Source: Chthoniobacterales bacterium (GTDB lineage Bacteria; Verrucomicrobiota; Verrucomicrobiia; Chthoniobacterales; JACTMZ01). Taken from it: a stretch of DNA of 48,156 bases. Position numbers and translations under genes: made by a program. The DNA lies in NCBI GenBank assembly GCA_044352715.1, contig JBILDG010000001.1, forward strand, positions 1-48,156, in the 5' to 3' direction. The notes beneath the pieces were generated by a model. The model did no database searches and had not been told where the DNA came from. It saw only the letters and a list, made by a program, of their open reading frames with translations. Positions 35,192 to 43,351 of this stretch are shown one piece after another. Each line of letters begins with the position of its first letter. Within the stretch, counting starts at the first letter, position 1.

Positions 35192-35239
35192 TGACGATTC
35201 CGCCAATTTTCAGCACGATTCGGCACCAACGATTCCGCC
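35192..35239 (-). promoter_or_regulatory. Bipartite direct-repeat element, copy c, plus an extra upstream repeat
   Basis: The minus strand at 35225..35192 reads TGCCGAATCGTGC-TGAAAATT-GGCGGAATCGTCA. A third repeat, GGCGGAATCGTTGG, lies at 35239..35226. After 24 nt comes TACTTT, then TACCCG, then ATG 35155. Confidence 0.6.
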
Positions 35240-35265
35240 GTGAAAAATGACGGCAGTGCCGCGCC

Positions 35266-35838
35266 TTAAGACGAAGGCGTGACTTCGATGGTGACGTTGC
35301 CGATGCCGGGGTATCCCTTGACCGCCCAAAACTGGATGGTCACCCACGTGCCGGCCGGCACCTTGGTCGCCACCAGGCGCTGGGCGCCGGCGGCTTGGAA
35401 GCTCTGCTTGGCCAGAACGGGATCCCCCCCGTTCGCGCGGGCGTTGACGATCGCCGCTCCCATCCAGAACTCCTCCTCCCCGAAGCCAACAGTGTCAAAG
35501 GTCAGCGTGACATCCGACATCTCGGCCAAAACGCCGAGTTCCTGCTTGAAGGCGTAGAACTCCGGCTTGAGCCGACTTAGCACGCGCAGGTTGGCTGCGA
35601 TACCGGCCGCCCCCATCTTGCGCACGGTGTAAAAGTCACTGTCTTGATCCTGCGGCGGGGCTGCCGTCCAGCCTGTCGGAACACCAGAGTACCAACCCGG
35701 ATGCTGGAGGGGGGACAAACCATCCATGTTGCTGAAGTCACCGTTGATCACGGCCAGCGCGTCGTCCTCTGCCGCGGTGGCAGAGACTAACGCAAGAACA
35801 CCAAGAGCAGGGACAAGGAGGAGGGAACGAATGCTCAT
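35266..35838 (-). CDS. Small secreted protein, CBM/DUF642-like jelly-roll (family guess)
   Basis: 190 aa. The signal peptide is MSIRSLLLVPALGVLALVSATAA. It is followed by VINGDFSNMDG...GW...VTLTFDTVGFG...WVTIQFWAV...NVTIEV. Confidence 0.6.
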   Translation of the reverse strand: MSIRSLLLVPALGVLALVSATAAEDDALAVINGDFSNMDGLSPLQHPGWYSGVPTGWTAAPPQDQDSDFYTVRKMGAAGIAANLRVLSRLKPEFYAFKQELGVLAEMSDVTLTFDTVGFGEEEFWMGAAIVNARANGGDPVLAKQSFQAAGAQRLVATKVPAGTWVTIQFWAVKGYPGIGNVTIEVTPSS

Positions 35839-35876
35839 AGTGATTCAATCTACAGCCCGTGATGTGGCGACCGCGC

Positions 35877-35910
35877 GCACGATTCCGCCAAAATCCCGCA
35901 CGTTACCGCC
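35877..35910 (-). promoter_or_regulatory. Bipartite direct-repeat element, copy d (best match to the consensus)
   Basis: The minus strand reads GGCGGTAACGTGC-GGGATTTT-GGCGGAATCGTGC. After 24 nt comes TAGATT (35852..35847), and 8 nt later ATG 35838. It begins 10 nt downstream of the AraC gene stop. Confidence 0.6.
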
Positions 35911-35920
35911 TGACCCCCCC

Positions 35921-36889
35921 CTATCCGTTGTCCCGCATCCGCCCGCCGGCCTGGAACTGACGCGGCGAGACACCCAGAACACGGCGGAATTGCCGGGCGA
36001 AGTAGCTGCTGTCATTGAAGCCGCACTCGAAAGCCGCCTCAGTCACACTCATGTCGCTGGACTGAAGTAGCTTCGCCCCTTTGGCGATGCGCAACCTCTG
36101 AAGATAAGACAGCGGGCTTTCGTTCTTCACCTGACTGAAAAAGCGGTAGAAATTGCGGTCGGACATTCCCACCATTTTCGCCAACTCGGGCAATTTGAGA
36201 TCCTCCGCAAAATGGCTCTCCATGTAGGCAATGGCACGCCCGATTTTCATGATGCGCTCGGATTCAACGGTCGGCTGGGTGTTGTAGGCGCGGGAGAGCA
36301 AGCCGACCATGGCCATGAAATGCGCCACGGCCATAAAACGATGCCCCGTAGCATCTTTGCGCAGCGCTTGGCTGGTGAGGGTTCGGTGGCGCTCCTCGAA
36401 AGCAACCGGACGGACCCGTGGGGCATCCCCGTAGAGTTCTTTTTCCATGGCCTCGGCCAACTCCCTGGCACGAGCCAAGTCGCGGATTCCAAGCGTCAAG
36501 TGTCTCTCAAATTGACCCTCACGTCGCATAGCCGGCTCGACGACAAAGAGCGATTGGTAACCCGGCAACCCTGCAACATCGAAACGCACTTTCTGCAATA
36601 GCGATGGCTCGTAGATAATATTGATCAGCCCGAGTTCCACCGTGTCTCGGTAGCCATGGGGACGCCCCCCGTGATGCACGAAGACGTCACCCGCTTTGAG
36701 CGGAAACTCCTCTTTGCCGACCACATTGACACCGCGCCCGTGCGAGATGATGACGATCTCCGAAAAATCGTGGACGTGCTGCGGATAGTTCGGGTGGTTG
36801 TCGAGAACGTAGACAGCCAAAGGGAAGTTGCGGTCGGCAAAAACCAGTTCCCTTTCGAATTTGACCGGCTTGGGCGAGCGACGAGGCAT
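35921..36889 (-). CDS. AraC/XylS-family transcriptional regulator with N-terminal cupin domain
   Basis: The cupin block is HVHDFSEIVIISHGRGVNVVGKEEFPLKAGDVFVHHGG. The C-terminal double HTH is SVTEAAFECGFNDSSYFARQFRRVLGVSPRQF. Start taken at MPRRSPKP (ATG 36889), because 36890..36973 is AT-rich. The ORF-track start at 36973 remains possible. Confidence 0.85.
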   Translation of the reverse strand: MPRRSPKPVKFERELVFADRNFPLAVYVLDNHPNYPQHVHDFSEIVIISHGRGVNVVGKEEFPLKAGDVFVHHGGRPHGYRDTVELGLINIIYEPSLLQKVRFDVAGLPGYQSLFVVEPAMRREGQFERHLTLGIRDLARARELAEAMEKELYGDAPRVRPVAFEERHRTLTSQALRKDATGHRFMAVAHFMAMVGLLSRAYNTQPTVESERIMKIGRAIAYMESHFAEDLKLPELAKMVGMSDRNFYRFFSQVKNESPLSYLQRLRIAKGAKLLQSSDMSVTEAAFECGFNDSSYFARQFRRVLGVSPRQFQAGGRMRDNG

Positions 36890-37012
36890 GAAACCACTTA
36901 CGATTTCATCGCAGGACTGCAAGTCTCGATTGCTTTTTGCTGTATGGCGCAAGTAATTAGCCGCAGCCTGCACAAACTCTTTTTTGACATCATTTACGTA
37001 AAGATACGCAAC

Positions 37013-37714
37013 TTACCTGCTAACTATATCTTCCAAACGCTTGAAGGAGGATTGCAGGTGATTATTGAGAGCTTTACGCGCTTGCTTGGCATCACCTCGG
37101 TCAAGAGCCGCGCAAATTGCTCTGTGCTCTTCCAATACACGTCGAACAAAATGGCTGTCGATATAAGTTTCGCGTGCGTATTTTAAACCCACCCCCAGTA
37201 AAAGACCGCGCATAATCGACGCGTAAAGCTTGTGACCAGACTCTTGCACTAAAGTAAGGTGAAAAGAGAGATCAGCTTTACCAAAAGAAGCCAAATTGGA
37301 TTTTTTGCTATCCATAGCAGCCATTTTTTTTCTCAACTTAATCCGTGATGCTGACTTGTTTGCAGATGCCAAAACAGCGACGCACTCCGACTCAATAAAC
37401 TGACGCAGGTCCATCAACTGCCGGTATGTGCCATGGTCACGCCGGAGTGACGCATAAACACCGATGGATGCGGAAAGGGCCGATGATCCCTCATCCTCAG
37501 CGACGTAGCTACCGCTTCCCCTTCGGCTTGCAACCAACCCTCGTGACTTGAGCGCTTCCAGCGCCTCACGGACGGCTGCCCTGCTCAGACCGTGGACTGC
37601 CGCCAGAGTTTTTTCACCAGGCAGCTTAGTGCCCGGCGCCAACTTTCCCGAAAGAATCGAGCGCTCTAAATGCGCAATGAGTGGGCGGCATATCTTGGAA
37701 CACTTTTTGTTCAC
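37013..37714 (-). CDS. GntR-family (FadR/FCD-type) transcriptional regulator
   Basis: The winged HTH is LPGEKTLAAVHGLSRAAVREALEALKSRGLVASRRGSGSYV. An all-helical FCD-like C-terminus follows. The start is GTG. The gene is markedly less GC-rich than its neighbours. Confidence 0.85.
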   Translation of the reverse strand: MNKKCSKICRPLIAHLERSILSGKLAPGTKLPGEKTLAAVHGLSRAAVREALEALKSRGLVASRRGSGSYVAEDEGSSALSASIGVYASLRRDHGTYRQLMDLRQFIESECVAVLASANKSASRIKLRKKMAAMDSKKSNLASFGKADLSFHLTLVQESGHKLYASIMRGLLLGVGLKYARETYIDSHFVRRVLEEHRAICAALDRGDAKQARKALNNHLQSSFKRLEDIVSR

Positions 37715-37754
37715 AGAAGACCAATTAAAGCAAAATGATTTGATTGACTACCGC

Positions 37755-37773
37755 AAAGTTGTCAGACAACTTT
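37755..37773. promoter_or_regulatory. Candidate GntR operator: perfect 19-bp palindrome AAAGTTGTC-A-GACAACTTT
   Basis: It lies in the 90-nt divergent region between the GntR gene (start 37714) and the SDR gene (ATG 37805). The GT-N-AC core fits the general GntR/FadR operator architecture. Roughly 0.2 such palindromes are expected by chance in 48 kb. Confidence 0.6.
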
Positions 37774-37804
37774 TATTCTAATTACTCCCCTCATCGAAAA
37801 CGCC

Positions 37805-38566
37805 ATGCTTCTGCAAAACAAAGTCATTTTTCTCACGGGTGGATCGGCTGGGATCGGCCTTGAATGCGCCAAGGCTTACGCCGCAGAAGGGGCCCATGTC
37901 GTTATCGCCGCACTCGATAGTGAAGCCTCGATCCGAGAGGCAGCCAAACTTCCCGGGAAGCACCTCGGGATAGGTTGCGATGTTTCGCAAGGTGTCGAGG
38001 TGGAGAAAGCCATCGCTTTTGCTTTGGCAAAGTTCGGCAAGTTGGACGCCATCCATAACAACGCCGGCGTTGCATCCCCTTCTAAGCCACTGCATGAGAC
38101 GACGGAAGAAGAGTGGAACACGCTAATGGACACGAATCTCAAGAGTGTTTATTGGACCACACGCTACGGCGTGGCCGCGCTTCGGGAAAGCAAGGGCAGC
38201 ATTCTCAACACGAGCAGCCTGGTGGGCGTCATCGGCCAAAGCATCCATGCCGCGTACACTGCCACCAAAGGCGGGATGAACGTATTGACCAAATCCATGG
38301 CGCTGGATTACGCCGCCGATGGCATCCGGGTGAACGCAGTCTGCCCGGCCGGTGTCTGGACTCCAATGCTGCGGCAGTGGGCTGCGGAGCAACCGGACAC
38401 CACAGCCATCGAGACATATCTCGACGATATCCACCCGCTCGGCTACTGCCCAGAGGGCGATGTCATTGCCGATGCCTGCGTGTTTCTGCTTTCCAACAAA
38501 GCCCGTTTTATCACCGGCCATATCATGCATGTGAGTGGCGGTGCGGAAATCGGCTATCGCCGCTGA
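37805..38566 (+). CDS. Short-chain dehydrogenase/reductase (candidate L-fucose or 2-keto-3-deoxy-L-fuconate dehydrogenase)
   Basis: The Rossmann motif is FLTGGSAGIGLECAK and the catalytic motif is YTATKGG (Y-x-x-x-K). It lies 5 nt upstream of fucD. The substrate assignment comes from context only. Confidence 0.8.
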   Translation: MLLQNKVIFLTGGSAGIGLECAKAYAAEGAHVVIAALDSEASIREAAKLPGKHLGIGCDVSQGVEVEKAIAFALAKFGKLDAIHNNAGVASPSKPLHETTEEEWNTLMDTNLKSVYWTTRYGVAALRESKGSILNTSSLVGVIGQSIHAAYTATKGGMNVLTKSMALDYAADGIRVNAVCPAGVWTPMLRQWAAEQPDTTAIETYLDDIHPLGYCPEGDVIADACVFLLSNKARFITGHIMHVSGGAEIGYRR

Positions 38567-38571
38567 TTCTC

Positions 38572-39810
38572 ATGACCATTACCGCAGTCAAGATTCACGA
38601 CCTTCGTTTTCCCTTGGGTCCGAGCGCCGGCAGCGACGCCATCCACCGCGACCCGGTGTATTCCTACGCGGTGACCGAGCTGATCACCTCCGACGGACTC
38701 TCGGGCAACGGTTTTGCTTTCACTTTGGGAGAAGGCAACGACTTGGTTTGCCAGGCCGCGGAATTCCTCGCTTCCAGTCTTATCGGAAAACCCATCGATG
38801 AAATCATGGCCGACTTCGGACAATGGCAATGCCACGCGTCGAATGAGCAGCAATTCCGCTGGCTCGGCCCCCACAAGGGCGTTGTGCATCTTGCTTTGGC
38901 GTCTGTCACCAATGCTTGCTGGGATCTCTGGGCGCGCCGCAAAGGCCTGCCCCTCTGGAAACTTCTGTTGGAGCTTTCTTCCGACGACCTGCTGGCGACA
39001 TTGGATTTTTCCTATGTCGATGACGTATTGACCCGACAGCCGGCCACAGAACTTCTGGCAATGGAATATCCATCGCGCAGCCAGCGCATGGGAATCACCC
39101 AATCGGGCTATCCGGGCTACGACACCTCGATCGGTTGGTTCAACTACACCGACGAGCAAGTCGCAGCCAATGTGGCGAAATCCGCCGACGCGGGCTTTAC
39201 CGCCATGAAGCTCAAAGTCGGATCCCCCGACTTGGAGCGCGACATCCGCCGAACCCGACTGGTTCGCAACGCGGCCGGTCCGTCTGCCCGCATCATGGTG
39301 GATGCCAACCAGCAATGGACGATTGCCCAGACATTGGAGTTCGCGCGTGCAACCGAAGATCTCGACTTGTTTTGGATCGAGGAGCCCACCCACCCCGATG
39401 ACGTTCTTGGTCACCAAGCCATTGCCAAGGAGATTGCCCCCGTGAAAGTCGCGGCCGGCGAGCATGTACCCAACCGCGTGGTTTTTAAAAACTATCTTCA
39501 AGCGAACGCCATGGCTATCTGCCAAGTAGACGCCGTGCGGGTGGCCGGGGTCAGCGAATTTCTCGTTGTGAGCCTTCTGGCCCGAAAGTTTGGCGTTCCT
39601 GTCATTCCACACGTTGGTGATATGGGCCAACTTCACCAGCACCTTGTAATCTTCAACCATATCGCCCTGAATCACGAGGCGATCTTCTTGGAACACATCC
39701 CACACCTCAAAGACCGATTCCACGAGCCGGCAATGGTCTCCAGAGGGTTTTACCAGACTCCGAATTTGCCCGGCTCGTCTTGCACCTTGATTGCTGCAAC
39801 TAAGAAATAA
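38572..39810 (+). CDS. fucD: L-fuconate dehydratase (enolase superfamily, ENOSF1/FucD type)
   Basis: Start at MTITAVKIHDLRFPLG (ATG 38572). The ORF-track extension overlaps the SDR gene in another frame. LGPHKGVVHLALASVTNACWDLWARRKGLPLWKLLLELSSDDLLATLDFSYVDDVLT closely parallels the conserved FucD/ENOSF1 block. MVDANQQW and FWIEEP are enolase-superfamily metal-ligand motifs. Confidence 0.85.
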   Translation: MTITAVKIHDLRFPLGPSAGSDAIHRDPVYSYAVTELITSDGLSGNGFAFTLGEGNDLVCQAAEFLASSLIGKPIDEIMADFGQWQCHASNEQQFRWLGPHKGVVHLALASVTNACWDLWARRKGLPLWKLLLELSSDDLLATLDFSYVDDVLTRQPATELLAMEYPSRSQRMGITQSGYPGYDTSIGWFNYTDEQVAANVAKSADAGFTAMKLKVGSPDLERDIRRTRLVRNAAGPSARIMVDANQQWTIAQTLEFARATEDLDLFWIEEPTHPDDVLGHQAIAKEIAPVKVAAGEHVPNRVVFKNYLQANAMAICQVDAVRVAGVSEFLVVSLLARKFGVPVIPHVGDMGQLHQHLVIFNHIALNHEAIFLEHIPHLKDRFHEPAMVSRGFYQTPNLPGSSCTLIAATKK

Positions 39811-39909
39811 GTTGGCTCTTAGAAGCCCGCGATCTCAGCTGTAGCAATCTTTCAATGAGAGGAAACGGGGCTAAACAAGGCGAGTACAACGCCAAGCCGA
39901 TCATTTTTA

Positions 39910-40638
39910 CTACTTTGATTCATTTGCATCCCCGCCCTTGATGAGTCCGATGGCCGCCTCCGCGAGCCTCTGGCCAAAAATGCGGTAGCCTTCCGCAGTG
40001 AAGTGAAGATCGTTGACCATCTTCTCGCCCTTCCTACCCACGCCGTCGTTGAGGTCATCGGTCTCAACCAATGCACTGCGCGGTGTTTCCTCGACAAATT
40101 TTGTTTGGATTTCACGGATCATGGTCCAATGAGGACACTTCACGTTGGTCAGGTCGTGGTCGCTGAGCCGACCGATGACAATGTTGATGTCCTGTCGTCC
40201 CATATCGACCGAAAGTTGGGCGATCAGGCCTCGCAAACTTTCGCCATAGACCTCCCCATGGCCCTCGCGGGCATCTCGCTCGCCCTGCATCCAGAGGAAA
40301 GTAAACGTTTCGAGCTTGGTGTCACCGGCAGCCTCACGAATTTTGTCGAGCAAGACGTCGTAGAGATCACCATTACCAGCCGGGCGCTCTCCTTTCTTGG
40401 GCTGCCAGTTTTTGTACCAGCGACGGATGGGTTGTCCGCCTTGCGCATTTCGAACGACGATGACGTTTCCGGCACCAAATTCCTTTTCCAAAGTCGGCGT
40501 GAACGACTCATCCGGACGTACACCGGCCATGTTTGATTGTCCGGAAAGGATAAACAGGTGTTTGCCGGTCTCTGCTGCGGAGGTCCAGGGGAGCGCAAGG
40601 AAGCTGATGGCATTGATTAGGCAGGCAATTTTATTCAT
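39910..40638 (-). CDS. SASA-family carbohydrate esterase (secreted)
   Basis: The signal peptide is MNKIACLINAISFLALPWTSAA. Motifs are LFILSGQSNMAG, FLWMQGERDA and LHFTAEGYRIFGQRLA. Confidence 0.8.
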   Translation of the reverse strand: MNKIACLINAISFLALPWTSAAETGKHLFILSGQSNMAGVRPDESFTPTLEKEFGAGNVIVVRNAQGGQPIRRWYKNWQPKKGERPAGNGDLYDVLLDKIREAAGDTKLETFTFLWMQGERDAREGHGEVYGESLRGLIAQLSVDMGRQDINIVIGRLSDHDLTNVKCPHWTMIREIQTKFVEETPRSALVETDDLNDGVGRKGEKMVNDLHFTAEGYRIFGQRLAEAAIGLIKGGDANESK

Positions 40639-40666
40639 TTTCGGGCATTTTTTTCGTGGCTGGCTT

Positions 40667-41869
40667 TCAGTTCAGCAAAAGCTGGAAAATATAAAGTGCT
40701 GTTCCCTTGCTTTTGGGGTTGTGCTCCTTGGCCAGACGCACTCGGACGACGTGGCGGCCGGGCTGAAGACTTTCCGCAAGGATTACAGCCCATGGAAGAT
40801 AAAGCTCCCGGCTCCACTTGGTGAAGGTGTCTATTTGTGTGAAAGGACTTCCGTCACACGAGACTTCCAGCATTCCGCTGTCAGGCCCAGAGCCGATGAG
40901 CAAACCGGCCGCCGTGCCGTTGAATGCAAATTCGAATTCCGCACCGGGCTGCGTTGCGACAAGAGCTGGCACATCGACAAAACCCGGTCGCGTTTTGGCG
41001 CGAATCTCGGGGGTCCATTGACGCACAAAACGAAATCCCTCGATGAGCCTTGCATCCTCCAAGTTGCCGAATCTGCCGCGATCGTAGCTTGCGGCATCCA
41101 AGTGAGATGCGGGCATTGTGTGCGGCGCGGGGTTGACAACCGGACCGCTCCAAGCGGATTCCAGCATGTGCTGGATACTTCGGGCGTAAAGCTCGTGTCC
41201 GAAAGGTGACGGGTGCAGGTCGCGGAAGTCATCTTCCCACGTGAATTCGCCGGCCTTGATCCGATCAGTGACTTCCTTGGAAAGGTTCAGTGAAGGATTG
41301 CCGTAGAACTGCGCCACCCTCTCGTGCATGGCAATGGATACGGGAACGCGCCCCTCGCTGTAGTCCGCCATGTGCTCGGGCATGACGAAGTGCATCTGGA
41401 CGATATCCGTGGAGGGATTCACCGAGCGGGCGTGGCGAACCACACCCTCCATGCCACGAAGTATGCGCTCCGGGTATTCCGAGGTGTTGCTGGTGTCGTT
41501 GACGGCGGCTTCCACGAAAAGCAAATCGACCGGACCTTTCGAGAGAACATCACGCTCCAAGCGAAAAGCGTGGGGAACAGACCCGAGCGAGCCGATGCCC
41601 GCACTGATGAATTCAAACTTGGTATCCGGAAATTTCTTTCGCAGATAGTCCATGACGAGATCCCGCCAACCCGAGCTTTGCGTGATCGAACCGCCTAAAA
41701 AAGCGACACGCCCGAATTTCTCCCGCTCGAATTTGGCGCGGGAGTTGGCCAACCCATTGCGCAACTCAAAGTAACCGTCCTGGCTTGGCAACGGAGGCTG
41801 GAGATTTTCGGCGCAAACTATCCGAGCGAGACAAGCAAGATGACTCATGGTGATGAGGAGGAGTTTCAT
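40667..41869 (-). CDS. SGNH/GDSL-type hydrolase with C-terminal beta-sandwich-like extension (secreted)
   Basis: Block I is VAFLGGSITQ, block II is SAGIGSLGS and block III is FVEAAVNDT. A signal peptide is present. Confidence 0.75.
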   Translation of the reverse strand: MKLLLITMSHLACLARIVCAENLQPPLPSQDGYFELRNGLANSRAKFEREKFGRVAFLGGSITQSSGWRDLVMDYLRKKFPDTKFEFISAGIGSLGSVPHAFRLERDVLSKGPVDLLFVEAAVNDTSNTSEYPERILRGMEGVVRHARSVNPSTDIVQMHFVMPEHMADYSEGRVPVSIAMHERVAQFYGNPSLNLSKEVTDRIKAGEFTWEDDFRDLHPSPFGHELYARSIQHMLESAWSGPVVNPAPHTMPASHLDAASYDRGRFGNLEDARLIEGFRFVRQWTPEIRAKTRPGFVDVPALVATQPGAEFEFAFNGTAAGLLIGSGPDSGMLEVSCDGSPFTQIDTFTKWSRELYLPWAVILAESLQPGRHVVRVRLAKEHNPKSKGTALYIFQLLLN

Positions 41870-41872
41870 TTT

Positions 41873-43351
41873 TTACTCGAGCGAAAGCAGCTCCCCCTCC
41901 AGCAATATCGCGCCGAGATATGCCTCATTGCGCTGATACTTGCCGGGATCATCCGCGAAATCGGATGCCGCGGACTTGTCCGGTGGATTCTCATCGAGGG
42001 TCAATTTGACCGAGTGAATTCCTTCCTCCATGCGGGGCAGCAAGAAATACTGGTGACGCAGCCCGCTGCTGTATTTCTGGAAGCGGCTGACGTTAAAAGG
42101 ATCGCCTCCGTCGACCGAGACCTTCACTTGGCCGGCAAAGGGACCACCGACATCGAAGAACCCGAGCACACTCCCTCTAAACCGGACTGTGAGGGAAGAG
42201 CCGGGCGTTTTTGTTCCTAGCAAGCGCGGGAAGTGCAGCTTGATTCTTTCGAGGTTGCGCCCCTGCTCGGGAAAGTCTGCACTGTAGCCTTCGGCATCGG
42301 GATCCATCTCATACCACTGCCAGTCCCCTTCGGTCTTCATTTTGACATCCTTCAGGTCGACAAGTTTGGCGTTCTCCCAATTTTCCGGATCGACCGGCAC
42401 CGGAAGCTCTTTCGGCTCGGGAGGCGCCGCAGCAGCCTCCATCTTCAGCAAAGCTCGGACAACCGCTCCGGCATTGAGCTGGGCACCGTCGTTGTTTGGG
42501 TGCACGCCATCGGAGGAAAAGACGACTTTTCCAGCCACCGGCTGGGCGGACTTGAACGCCAACCGCTCCTGCTTGAGCAGCACGGCAATCTGGCAACCGA
42601 GGTTAATGGTCGGAATCTGGTAGCGGTCGGCCAGCTTTTCCTTTGTCACAACATGGGAAGAAAGCACGGGAGGCTCGGCAAGGAGCCCCTGCAGATGCCA
42701 GTCCGCAACCGTGTAAACAAAGCAGATATCAGTGGTCGGATTCGCCTTGAGGGTCTTGCGGATGATTCCCTCAACCCCTTTGAGGTAGCCATCTTTGTGG
42801 CCGCCATCACCACCGTTGACCACAAACTCCACAAAAAGCAGGTCGGGCCTGTAGGCGAGCACATCTTTCTCCAACCGCGCCACGCCAAGGTCGGCCCCGG
42901 TGCCGCTGAGGCCGGCATTGATCTCCTTGATCACCGCCTTGGGATAACGGCGGCGCAGCCAGTCGGTGGTTCGCGAACGCCAGCCACCCTCGGCCTGGGT
43001 GATGCTGCCGCCGAGATAAGCGACTGCAACCGGTTCGCCGGCGTGCAGTTTGGCCATCGTGTTGTTGATGCCACCGCGAACTTTGCATTCGTGCGGATGC
43101 GCGAAATCGAGTTGGTAATCATTGTCCCTGAGCGATCGCTCTTGTTTCTCGTCATCAGGCAAGACGGTAAAATCCATACCGGCTTTGGACTGCGGCTCGG
43201 CTCCTCGTTCGCCCGCGGAAGGCACTGGCGATGACGCCACCGCATCGGCCATCGTCACTGACGCACAGAGGGTCAGCGTAGCGAGCAAGCCTCTGCGTAA
43301 CTTACGATCAAAAACGGTCGGACTTTTAATTCTCGGCAGGATTGACGGCAT
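41873..43351 (-). CDS. SGNH/GDSL-type hydrolase, tandem paralog of 40667..41869 (secreted)
   Basis: Motifs are [25 protein letters not shown] and [11 protein letters not shown]. Start chosen at MPSILPRIK...[14 protein letters not shown] (ATG 43351), which overlaps the sulfatase 3' end by 26 nt. The start is uncertain. Confidence 0.75.
   Translation of the reverse strand: MPSILPRIKSPTVFDRKLRRGLLATLTLCASVTMADAVASSPVPSAGERGAEPQSKAGMDFTVLPDDEKQERSLRDNDYQLDFAHPHECKVRGGINNTMAKLHAGEPVAVAYLGGSITQAEGGWRSRTTDWLRRRYPKAVIKEINAGLSGTGADLGVARLEKDVLAYRPDLLFVEFVVNGGDGGHKDGYLKGVEGIIRKTLKANPTTDICFVYTVADWHLQGLLAEPPVLSSHVVTKEKLADRYQIPTINLGCQIAVLLKQERLAFKSAQPVAGKVVFSSDGVHPNNDGAQLNAGAVVRALLKMEAAAAPPEPKELPVPVDPENWENAKLVDLKDVKMKTEGDWQWYEMDPDAEGYSADFPEQGRNLERIKLHFPRLLGTKTPGSSLTVRFRGSVLGFFDVGGPFAGQVKVSVDGGDPFNVSRFQKYSSGLRHQYFLLPRMEEGIHSVKLTLDENPPDKSAASDFADDPGKYQRNEAYLGAILLEGELLSLE

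Noticed and set aside
35877-35910. Reading the bipartite element as an ECF-sigma promoter, with AAC in the distal repeat as the -35 and CGT in the proximal repeat as the -10.
   Set aside because: The AAC to CGT spacing is 20 nt, against about 16-17 nt in known ECF promoters. The two halves are also copies of one another rather than distinct -35 and -10 boxes. I cannot fully exclude a non-canonical sigma factor.
36898-36935. Two AATCG-containing segments upstream of the AraC gene (minus strand GCAATCGAGAC ... TGAAATCGTAAG) that resemble the element repeats.
   Set aside because: Their offset is 26 nt rather than 21, the match to the consensus is poor, and the region may be coding if the AraC gene starts at 36973.
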